Notes under the pieces: generated by a model
The model's database searches: none
What the model saw: the letters and a program-made list of their open reading frames with translations, nothing else
Told to the model about the DNA's origin: nothing
Program-made: the position numbers and the translations under genes
Source of the DNA: Octopus vulgaris
Taxonomy: Eukaryota
Direction: 5' to 3'
Length of the DNA stretch: 64,000 nt
Assembly (NCBI GenBank): GCA_951406725.2
Contig: OX597814.1
Location: 167,896,001 to 167,960,000 of the forward strand
Shown here: positions 53,678 to 64,000 of the stretch, piece by piece
Position numbering within the stretch: the stretch's first letter is position 1
How the letters are laid out: each line of letters starts with the position of its first letter

Positions 53678-53846
53678 TGAACTTGCTCAACAGCTACCAT
53701 TGGAAGTAAGCCCTCATACAATGGACTCATCACATACAAAGACAAACCTACTCCTTCAGGCTCATTTCTCTACTCTTACACTACCCTCCTCCGATTATTA
53801 CACTGACACAAAATCTGTTCTTGACCAAGCAATTAGAATTCTTCAG
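53678..53846 (+). CDS. ASCC3: ASCC3 internal exon D, ELAQQLPLEVSPHTMDSSHTKTNLLLQAHFSTLTLPSSDYYTDTKSVLDQAIRILQ
   Basis: ttcccag|T acceptor completes the AG+T Ser codon from exon C; CAG|gtaagt donor. Motifs HTKxxLLLQAH and DYxTDTKxVLDQAxR are typical of ASCC3. Confidence 0.96.
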
Positions 53847-53946
53847 GTAAGTTATTCTCCTTTGGTCTTCTCCAGACATTGTTCTGCCTCAAAGAAAAAA
53901 TGAAACTAAAAATGAAGAAATTTTTTATTTTTATTCCCAAACTTAA

Positions 53947-54164
53947 CCCTTTTGATATCAACCTGACTGAAGCTGCCACTGGTCCATGATATGATCTTTT
54001 TTATTTAAAGTGGTTTAAATTAAAATATTCTGTCAAAATATGTTAACTTATGTTCCAAATATCAGTTTAATAACATCAAAGTTATGTTACTAAATTTTTA
54101 ATTATTTTCAAGATTAATTGAAACAAATGTGGTGTAATTCAGCAGAAATATGCTAACTAAAGGG
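53947..54164. mobile_element. piggyBac-type MITE (second family)
   Basis: TTAA-CCCTTT...AAAGGG-TTAA; reverse-oriented relatives at ~41258-41500 and ~32135-32330. Confidence 0.72.
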
Positions 54165-54309
54165 TTAACATTTATATTATTCATGCTGTTTAATTTAAAT
54201 TTTCATTAAACAATCTGCTACTGTTGCATACTTTATTAGAAAGAACATTAATGATCAATCGTTGCATTGTTACACTGAAACAAGTTGTCAATGTCAACAA
54301 TGTTGCCTT

Positions 54310-54545
54310 CATCGTCATCATTATCATCATCGCAATCACCATCATCACCATCGTCACCATCACTACCACCACTCCACCATCCTCCTCCTTAGCATCATTC
54401 ATCACCACCACTACAACCATCCTCCTTTACATCATCATTGTCACCACCACCTTCATCATCAGCACCACCACCACCACCATCCTCATTATCATCATCATCA
54501 TCATCACTATCTCCTTATTACCGTCATCATCATCACCACCAACTA
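54310..54545. repeat. Degenerate (CAT/CAC)n trinucleotide tract
   Basis: Read directly; produces the poly-His/Ile/Thr ORFs. Confidence 0.93.
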
Positions 54546-55859
54546 CAACATTGTCTCTTGTCTTTTAATTATTTTCTGAATCTGCAATACATCTTCTCAT
54601 GGGGTGTCTGAATCTCATAGCATCACCTCTGGGGTTTGGATGATAATTATGTACACTTTTAACTCCTTTGTCAAAAATGAACATGTATATTGGCATTAGG
54701 AAGGGCATCCAACCACAGAAACCATGCCAAATCAGACTGGAGCCTGATGCAGCCCCTCAGCTTACCAGCACTGGTCAAACTGTCCAACCCATGCCAGCAT
54801 GGACAACAGATGTTAAATGATGATGATGACAACAATATTTAGATTAAATTTTGACTTGTTTCAGTCATTTAGAAGTTTGAGTTCTAATTTCAAACCCAAC
54901 TTGGAGTGAATGCACATATTCAGGAATAAAACAATTTATATACATAAATAAATATAAATTTGTAGCTGTGTGTGTGTGTGGTAAGAAGCCTGCTTGTCAA
55001 CCACATGGTTTCAGGTTCAGTCCCACTGGGCAAGTGTCTTCTACAATATATCCTCAACCAACCAAAGCTTTGTGAGTGGACTTGGTAGATGGAAACTGAA
55101 AGAATCTCATTGTGTGTGTGTTTATGTTTGTCCCCCACCACTGCTTGACAGCCAATGTTGGTTTGTTTACATTCCCATAACTTAGTGGTTTCGCAAAAGA
55201 GACTAATAGTATCAGACTTAAAATTAAGTACTGAGGTTATGTTGTGCAACTAAACCCAGTGAAGAGGTGGCCCTGCATGGCCACAGTCCAATGACTGAAA
55301 CATCATCATCATTGTTTAACATCTGTTTTCCATGCTGGCATGGGTTGGACAATTTAACAGGAGTTGGCCAAGCAGTAAGCTGTCTAGACTTCAGATTGTT
55401 TGTTGTGGCATGGTTTGTACAGCTGGATGCCCTTCCTAAGTGCCAACCACTTAACAGAGTGTGCTGGGTGTTTTTTACATGCCACCACCACCTGTAAAGG
55501 ACAAGCCTGTATGTATGGATGACAGCGATTTTACTTGGCTTGATGCGTCTTCTCAAGTACAGCAGATTGCTACAACTCCAGGTCCCTTGTCATTTCCTCA
55601 GTGGGGCCCAGCATCTGAAGGTTCTTTCTCACCACTTCACTCCACAACTTCCTGGTTTGACCTCTTCCACAAGTTCACTCCACAATTAGAGCTCAGCACT
55701 TCTTTAAGTAAACATAAAAGCTATAAATATACAAATACATTCTAAAACTAATGCTAATTGTCTTGTAAAATATCAGCTAAGTAACTATAACTCATCTCAG
55801 AACATAGGCATTTAAGTTTCATCTGTGAATTCCATCTTATCTCACTTTTCCCGTGTCTG

Positions 55860-56070
55860 TTGAGCCAAGAAAGAGCTTCTGTATGGTCTCTTGGCCTGCT
55901 AAACATGGAAGCCATATCACCCTCAAACCATCCTATCATCATAAAAATGGACACATTAGATAATGCATGAAGTAAAAAATGCCTAGAAAAAATCAGGATG
56001 GTCATGGCTAGAATACCTTTGTATCGTAAGCCTGCTTGATCATAGCTAACCTGGGGCTAAACAACAACTA
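55860..56070 (+). mobile_element. Abundant old interspersed repeat (gaaatagcagccaaatctccctcaaatcac..ggctggaatgcctttgatc..ctggggctaaacaacaac family)
   Basis: More than ten diverged copies in both orientations, e.g. ~4980-5140, 9610-9760, 17250-17430, 26120-26370, 36420-36660, 44510-44680, 56540-56720 and 63760-63925. Confidence 0.7.
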
Positions 56071-59000
56071 CCACCCATGTCTATTTTCATTTATCTCTGC
56101 CATATATTACACATTCAGGCCATTAATTATCCACTTTATGTGCTTATGAAATGCACTGAAGGTTTCCTCTTCGGAGTTTATCCCATCCCTGTTCATTAAC
56201 TGCAATTAAATGAAGACCTGGGGAAGGAATTAATAAATTTTGTTGCTAGAAATAGCATTCAAACCAGAGGCTTTTGGAAATTTGTTTATGCTAAGAATAA
56301 AGAAATTGTAAAATGCAAATAATATATTCTTTTCTACTCTAGGCATAAGGCCCAAAAATTTTTTTAGGGGGGGGCAATCGATTAGATCGATCCCAGTACG
56401 CAACTGATATTTAATTTATCGACCCCGAAAGGATGAAAGGCGAAGTCAACAGATTGCATAAAGGAAAGCCTTAATGCTATCTATATTATTTATAACTATA
56501 ATGGGTTATGAGTACTAGCCTGGATAAAGTAGGGGTTCAATGTGGTCACTTGACCTGCTAGAAATAGCAATGAAATCTTCCTCAAATCACACCCTGCTGT
56601 CTTGAAAAAGAAAGAATATACTTGGTGACAAACAAATATAAAAGAAAACTGAAATGGTTAAGGCTGGAATATCTGTGATTACAGTTCTGCTCAGTGGCAC
56701 TTGATATAGGGTTAAACTACTAACTGGTTCTGTTTTGCTTTTAGTTCCTCTTATTACTAATCCCTACATGAAGATAAAACACTTCTATTTTGCCTTTTTC
56801 TTCTCTGTGTATGTTTGCGCACGCGCATGAGGTGATAAAGCGTTCGCAATGTTTTATAAATTTAGATGGTAATGATAAAGGGAGGTAACCTTCTAGCACC
56901 AAGATTCCCAAATACCTTTTTAATACGAAAAACATAGAAAATACAATAAGAGAAAAAAATCTATAGTACTGATAGTTTTTCTTTTCCTTTATATTTTTTA
57001 TTGTTGTATAAAAATTAAAGGAATTACCTATTGATATAATTTTGGTATATTTCTTAATAAGGGATTCCAAAATTGATACATAACCTATTTGTTAGGGAAA
57101 AGAGTGAATATTAACTCCTTTTAATACGTTTTATACCTTAATTCACCAAATATTTCCTTACTTTTATTTGAAATATTGAAACCCTTAAATATATTTTAAA
57201 CATGTGGTTTGGGGTTCAGTCCTGCTGCACAGCACCTTGGGGAAGTGTCTTCTACTATAGCACCAGACCAACAAACGCCTTATGAGTAAATGTTGTTGGC
57301 AGAAACTGCTTGGAAGCCCATCTTGTGCATATCTTTTATCTATTGCTTGTTTCAGTCATTAGACTGCGGCCATGGTGGGGCACTGCCCTGAACAATATGT
57401 TTTTTAGTCAAATGAGTTGACCCCAGTAATTATTGTTAAGTATAGTATTTATGCTATCGGTCTCTTTTGCTGAACCACGAATTTACAGGGACATAAACAC
57501 ACCAGCACCTGTTGTCAAGCGGTGGGGGGGGACAAACAAAATCACATACGCATAAATATATATGTGGTTGGACTACACTCACGGAGTGGTTGGCGTTAGG
57601 AAGGGCATCCAGCTGTAGAAATACTGCCAGATCAGACTGGAGCCTGGTGCAGACTCCTGGCTTCTCAGACCCCGGTTGAACCGTCCAACCCATGCTAGCA
57701 CGGAAAACGGACGTTAAACAATGACGACCACGTATGTGTGTGTGTGTGTATACACACATACACAACAGGCTTCTTTCAGTTTCCATCTACCAAATCCACT
57801 CACAAGGCTTTGGTTAGCCTAAGATTATAGTAGAAGACACTTAACCTAGGTGCCACGCAGTGGGACTAAACCCAGAACCATGAGGTTGGGAAGCAAGCTT
57901 CTTACCACAGAGGCATGTGATGGCACAGGGCGTAGTGGTTAGGCTGATGCACTCATGATTGCTAGTTCATGGATTCAATTCCCAAACCGGGCAGTGCATT
58001 GTGTTCTTGAGCAAAGCACTACATTTCACATTGCTTCAGTCTCCTTTCAATCCATTGAGAGTGTTGGCCTGCTTACCTAGCCATTGGGGTGGCATCATTT
58101 GATGGCTGAAACAATGCAAAGTGCATTGTGACCAGGGATGTGTAACAGCATTTGATAGTCTAGTCAGTCATGTGATATATGTCTATGTTTTTATCTTTGT
58201 TTCGGTGTTAGTCACACACACCCCACCACTACCACCACTTCACAACTGCTGTTTATTTACATCCCTATGACTTAGTGGTTTGGCAAAAGAGACAAGTGGA
58301 ATCTGTACCAGATTTTTTTCTAAAAAGAAGGAAGAACTTAATTACTGGCTCAGTTTGTTTGACTAAAAACCCTTCGTGGTGGTGGTGGTGGTGCCCCAGC
58401 ATGCCTGCAATCCAGTGACTGAAACAAATATAAAAGATAAAAGGTTGTACAGTGTAAAAGAATGACAGAATAGTAGTGGGGAAAAAAAGAATAGTAAATG
58501 AATATTGATTTTAAATTTTGGCTCAAGGTCAGTGATTTTGGGAAAGGGAAGTAAGTCAATTACATTGAACCTAGTACTTGTTCTATCAACCCTAGAGGAT
58601 GAAAGGCAAAGGGGACCTCAGCAGAATTTGAACTCAGAGCATATAAAAACAGATGAAATATTGCTAATCATTCTGCTAGTTTGCCACCTATTTTGTGAAT
58701 AAAAAAATGGTCTCAAATTTTGGCACAAGGCCATCAATTATATTGACCCCTGTGTTCAACTGGTATTTATTTTATTGCCCCCCCCCCCAAAAGGATGAAG
58801 GGCAAAGTTGTCCTTGGCAGAATTTGAACTCAGAACATTCAGACGAAACATCACTAAACATTTTGCCCAGTGTGCTAACAATTCTGCCTGTTTGCTCTCT
58901 CTTTGGTTAGTAAATATTAAAAGTATATAAAGTATAAACTGCATCAGGTTAATCTAACAGGGAACATATCCAGGTGCTTTTAGTTTGAATAAAATGAATT

Positions 59001-59341
59001 ATTGAACTTGGGAGCAGAGAAAGTAAATCTACCTCAGCAGCTGTTGTTGAGAGGTTTTATGTAGTCAATCAGCCAAATAGAATTAGCGACCAAATATATT
59101 GGAAATCATACTGCTCTGTTTTATAAAAGAGTGAAGGATGCATTGGATGAAGTAGTCCTGGATTAACATAATGTTCAGAGATAAAGCAAATGGATTTAAT
59201 GCATTTGGTATAGGTTTGTTCAATAAGGGCTGACCTTGTTTAAACAAGCACTTCACTTGAATCATATTATTAGAATTTTGTTCCTCTTTCTCTCCTTCCA
59301 TCACTATTACTGCAATGATGTACATTACTGTTGCTGCTACT

Positions 59342-59378
<37 letters not shown>

Positions 59379-60571
59379 GTGTGTGTGCCTCTGTGCATGT
59401 ATGTGTGCCTCCGTGTGTGTGTGTGTAAAGGTTTGAAGTAAGAATAGAGTAGATATGCATGGCTTAGTTCAAAATATCCATACTTGTGATGTACACAGCT
59501 ATTTACAGATAGAACTACCTTGTGCTAGAATCAAACTTGTTTCACTCAGTATACTTCTATCTTGTCAAAATCAACATAAAAACTTTATATAAAGTATTTT
59601 ATCTAAGGATGATAACTTGAGTTATAAATTATGTCATATCATTGAAAACAACATCAATTAAATGCTTGTTTTTTGCTCTCATGCTTAATATATTGTAACC
59701 TTGACACACATTACAGAGATTAACAGAATTCAGAAAATATTCTTTGAATGATAATTTAGGGTCATATTAATGTGTAAATATTATAAATCAGATAAATTGC
59801 CTGCAGAGTAATAGGAACTAGTTATTCTTGGAAGTCATAGTGATATTTTTAATGTTACTTGTAAGTTCCTAACCATTCATGTACCAGAATTTAGAAATTG
59901 ATTTATTCTTATTGATATTGACCTCACTTTTTTAATTCATTATCATCATTTATATCCCGTATCCATACTTGCATGAGGAAGAGGACTCATCATGGTTCAA
60001 GTTCTTGTTCAGAGTTACTTGCTCACATATCTCAGTTTTTGTATGCTTTTTATGACTGGATGCCCTCCCTAACACTAACCACTTTACAGAGTGTGCAGGG
60101 TTCATTTTATCATAGCACCAGCACTTGAGAGGTTGTCATGTCTTCATCAAGACTAAAGTATCTTCTCAGTTCATATGTTCTCTCAGTTCAATTAGCCAAC
60201 TATTTTGTAGACAGCACCGGAGGATTTTATCATAGTACCTGCACTAGTGAGGTTGTTTTGTATTTCACAAGTCTATAAAGCTCCTAAAATAAGAGGAAGA
60301 ATAGAAAAGGGAGTGGTGATAGAAGCTGAGCTTATGGTAAGACTGTGAGAAAAGCATAAGTATGATGGAGAACAAAGTTATTTATCTGAGTGTGTGACAG
60401 AAGAGAGATTAATAGAAAAAAACATGCTGAGAGTTGGGTATTATTTTTAAAATGATTTATATGCAAATTTGTTTGTACTTATACCTTTTTATTTAATTTT
60501 TTTTTTTTCAGAATGAAATTTATTGTAACATAACATTGTAAAGTGATATCTTTTATTAAACTCATTTGTAG

Positions 60572-60723
60572 GCCCTTCTTGATACCAGTGCTGATCAAGG
60601 GTGGCTTGTGACTAGTATGTGTATCATCAACCTACTTCAAATGGTTCTACAAGGGCATTGGTGTCATGAGTCAACCTTACTTTGTTTGCCACATATCATG
60701 ACTTATCATTTGGAGAGTTTCAG
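60572..60723 (+). CDS. ASCC3: ASCC3 internal exon E, ALLDTSADQGWLVTSMCIINLLQMVLQGHWCHESTLLCLPHIMTYHLESF(R)
   Basis: ttgtag|GCC acceptor and AG|gtaagc donor; 152 nt, phase 0/2. Aligns with recalled AMLDVAANQGWLVTVLNITNLIQMVIQGRW. Confidence 0.95.
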
Positions 60724-61209
60724 GTAAGCAACAAAACAACTTAAGACAAACAATGTGGATCAAACCTTGATTTACTTCCACTAGGAAAAAGTTAAACAGT
60801 TCCAAAAGCTGATTGTTCTAGAGAAAATGGAGGATCCAATAACCTTTTGAGAATATGGGAAGAGAATTATCATCTATTATATATTGTTTTCTAATATGAG
60901 CACAAGTTCACAAATTTGGGAAGAAAGGATGATAATATCTACATGGATCTGTTCTTGGTCCTCTAGTGTTTGTTGCATATATTAACAAAATAGATGCCAA
61001 CTTCATTTCTGTTCCTGAGTTTAGACATGCACATAACATTAAGCTATACCTGGGGATCATATATGGTATAGACCTTTCCTACACATAATCCTGTAATGGA
61101 CTGTTGGCTGTAGACAAGTGCATCAATATACATTTTGGGTGCAAAAAAAAACATGGAATTTGCCTACTTCCAACTCAGCTTCTACTTTAAAAGTCTGCTG
61201 GTGAATATA

Positions 61210-61400
61210 GGGAGAGTTTACGAAAAAAACAAAAGATGAAGACAGGTGGTGTACAAAACAAACAGATGTATTAGTATAATGCTCAGGAATAGAAAAAGTC
61301 TTTTATGTTTCGAGCTTACGCTCTTCTACAGAAAGGGACACAGAAAAAAACAAGGAGAGAAAAAAAAAAAATGTGTGTAGTGGCTAACGATCTATCATGG
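61210..61400 (-). mobile_element. Penelope-like short element with a variant hammerhead motif (61300-61335)
   Basis: Minus strand CTTT CTGTAGA A GAGC GTAA GCTC GAAAC ATA AAAG. Flanked by an 11-bp direct repeat TGGTGAATATA (61199-61209, 61398-61408). Confidence 0.62.
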
Positions 61401-62674
61401 TGAATATAACTTAGGCATTAATGTCAACAATCAGCTATGTTGGATAAACCACATTTCCAAACTTGTAAAAAAAAATCTAAGGCATCATTCAATAAGACCA
61501 TTTGCCAGCTGCTCACTAGCTATATATTTAAAGCTACATATGGCTATAGTACATCCACAGTTGCAATTTCCATCTCCAATTTGGAACCCCCATCTTGTCC
61601 AGAAACCAGATGAATTCTCTCCATCTGTCACTACGTCTTGAGCAGCTTCTTTATCTAGATGTAACACACTAATGCTTCAATGTCTTGTCATCTTTTCATC
61701 AACAGTATTGACCAGTTTTAATTCAGTATTTCTGCCACCTATGAATAAACTCATAAAGTCAAAAAAACAGTATAGTACCCATGACTTTTGGAAACGCTTT
61801 TTGAATGCTCATAATTGTCAAAACATGGAATAATTACCTGCACTGATTGTCAGGACCCTGCATCCTTCAAAAACTCCATGCTTCCTGAAATTTTACAGCA
61901 CTATCCCTGATGTGCCAGTGTTTCCTTCCCTCTTTGACTTGATTTATTGCTGCTTTCTGTTTTTGCTTTAATCTTTTTCTGTTGAGTTGTACTGCACCTG
62001 AGCACTGTATGCAAATAAGCTCAATATTATTATACTAATGCCAGAAAGATGAAAAGTAATGTCTATTCTAGCAGGATTTGTACTTAAAACATAAAAAGAT
62101 GTAACCAAATAACACATGGCATTTTGCCCACTGCTCTCTGATTTTGATAGTCTACCATCTTTTTTATCAGCTGTAATATATTAACAAATGAATGATGTCA
62201 GTTATATCCTGGTTGTGAGGATATTTCCATGGCTAAAGTGTGTAATCTATTGAACAGAAATATATCAGGAACATTCTTATAGTTCTGTATTTTTATTGAT
62301 TAAAACTGACAAAGATATAAAAATAACGATGAATAAATTACTATGTCTGGAGTTAATTATAGAAGTAGTTTTTGCTATAAGATTGCAAGTTGTAAAGAAT
62401 TCAGTTTGATCAAAATAACAATTTAGGATTAAAGATTTGAATAGTATAAATAGATGAGAAATCCTTAAGGAAACAAACTTGTTTAATGAAGGTTCTAAAC
62501 CTGAGAAATTTTGATAGCCAAAAAATATTTGTGGTACAATTACAAGAATTAATGTGCCAAAAAGCATGTAGCCATTCTGATTTGGTTTGTTATGTAAAAA
62601 AAATTAATTTCATTAGAATTGTTTTCTTAAACATCTAATTTTATATTTTGTTTTATTTTGATAAATAAAAACAG

Positions 62675-62792
62675 GAAACCTAACGGTAATTTAATTGAAT
62701 GTTTACCTGAATTAATGGCATTGTGTGATGGCAAGTTCGAAGTGTTGTTTTCAATGTTGAAAGATGAAATGCGTCGAGCCCATATTGAACAG
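62675..62792 (+). CDS. ASCC3: ASCC3 internal exon F, KPNGNLIECLPELMALCDGKFEVLFSMLKDEMRRAHIEQ
   Basis: acag|G acceptor completes the AG+G Arg codon; CAG|gtatgg donor. Aligns with recalled SIESLPELIHACGGKDHVFSSMV. The gene continues beyond the window. Confidence 0.88.
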
Positions 62793-63535
62793 GTATGGAG
62801 ATGGCTTCCAATATTCTTACAGTTTTTTTTGTATCATCATAGCCTGAACTTATTATTTATCATGATTTACTGTCTTTATCAAAATATATTCTTAAAAAGA
62901 GAAATTACTTGATGTTGTAATTTTTGTTTCTAAGATTATGTTTCTATTTTCCCTTCTGATTTTTTAATATAAAACAAAAGTAAATGCTGGAATTCATCTG
63001 TAGTTCTCTTCTATAGCAGATCATTTTCACTCTTTTTATAAATATTAACCTTATTTTCATCATTGGGTGGACGACAGAATTGATATGTTGGACAAAATGT
63101 TGTGTTACACTTAGTTTCATTCCATTGATTATATTTTGCTTTTGATTCTTCCAAGCAAACTAAAATGACTACCTGTTTTGTTTTAATAGACTAATTCTAG
63201 AAGAAGATGGCCCCAGTATGGCCTCAGATCAATGACTGAAAAATTTTCAAAAATATAATATCAACAATTCAATCCTTTACTTGAAAACCTCTAAAATTTA
63301 AATAATTTTTCTAGTGAAAGAGGACCCACAAATGGAAAATTTTTTAAACCACACAGAAAGGCTTTTTTAAGAAAGGGAGTAAGTGGGCATAAAATGAAAT
63401 TATAAAATGTATAACCAACTGAATTTGAACTATTAAAAGCAGATTACATTTAATGAAAAGCAAAACACTCCGAGAGCAAAATTGTTACATGTGTGATTCT
63501 TGGCTAGTGCTAAATTTATGTAAAACCACCTCTAT

Positions 63536-63573
<38 letters not shown>

Positions 63574-64000
63574 CTGAGTATGAAAAATGTAAATGGATAA
63601 AATGTTTAGACTTTGGTTGCACACCTAAGCTGTTCTCTGTAATTAAGCAGGGAAAAATGTTCAGTGTTGGTAAGAACTCTGGAAAGTGAAGAGCTTTTGT
63701 TAAATGACCATCCTTTCTACACAACTATAGAGGTGAACTAACAAGAAAACCTCTACACAGTCACATGACCTGTTAGATATAGCAGCCAAATCTCCCTCAA
63801 ACTGCACTGTACTGACTTAAAGAAAAGATCATCATCATATTAAATGGTTACAATTGGAATGCTTTTTAATCATACAATTGGAATGCTTTTTACCCAATCA
63901 GAGTTGACCAAGAACTATACAACAACAGTTGTTGTGGCCTTTGCATTTTGAAACTGGATGATCTCATGCCTTCTCCCCTTGAGTATTTCTGATTCATCCT

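Noticed and set aside
61485-61667. 60-aa minus-strand ORF as a nested gene or RT fragment
   Set aside because: Only vague resemblance to LINE sequence; no diagnostic motif or splice structure.
62793-62912. In-frame read-through of exon F (VWRWLPIF...) as ASCC3 coding sequence
   Set aside because: A good CAG|gtatgg donor precedes it, and the read-through is low-complexity and stops without matching the ASCC3 C-terminus.

Overview
AT-rich, repeat-dense animal genomic DNA. The repeat families (tRNA-derived SINEs, RTE tails, microsatellites) point to an octopus-like cephalopod; this is an inference. The whole window lies inside one + strand gene, ASCC3 (Ski2-like helicase). Six phase-compatible GT-AG exons (28576-28687, 33774-33908, 51828-51883, 53678-53846, 60572-60723, 62675-62792) encode the end of the second helicase cassette and the Sec63 region. 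The introns are very large (>28.5 kb, 5.1, 17.9, 1.8, 6.7, 2.0 kb). They hold a deleted hAT transposon with a nested Tc1/mariner remnant, a Tc1 element, an RTE LINE, a solo LTR, hAT and piggyBac MITEs and many SINEs. The most notable signals are: (i) several minimal hammerhead-ribozyme motifs, all recognisable ones antisense to ASCC3, including a 489-bp longer-than-unit repeat whose edge lies 4 nt from the predicted cleavage site (retrozyme-like); (ii) a ~215-bp block-conserved non-coding element present in two different introns; (iii) a 58-bp near-perfect intronic hairpin. Most ORF-track entries are microsatellite or repeat artefacts.
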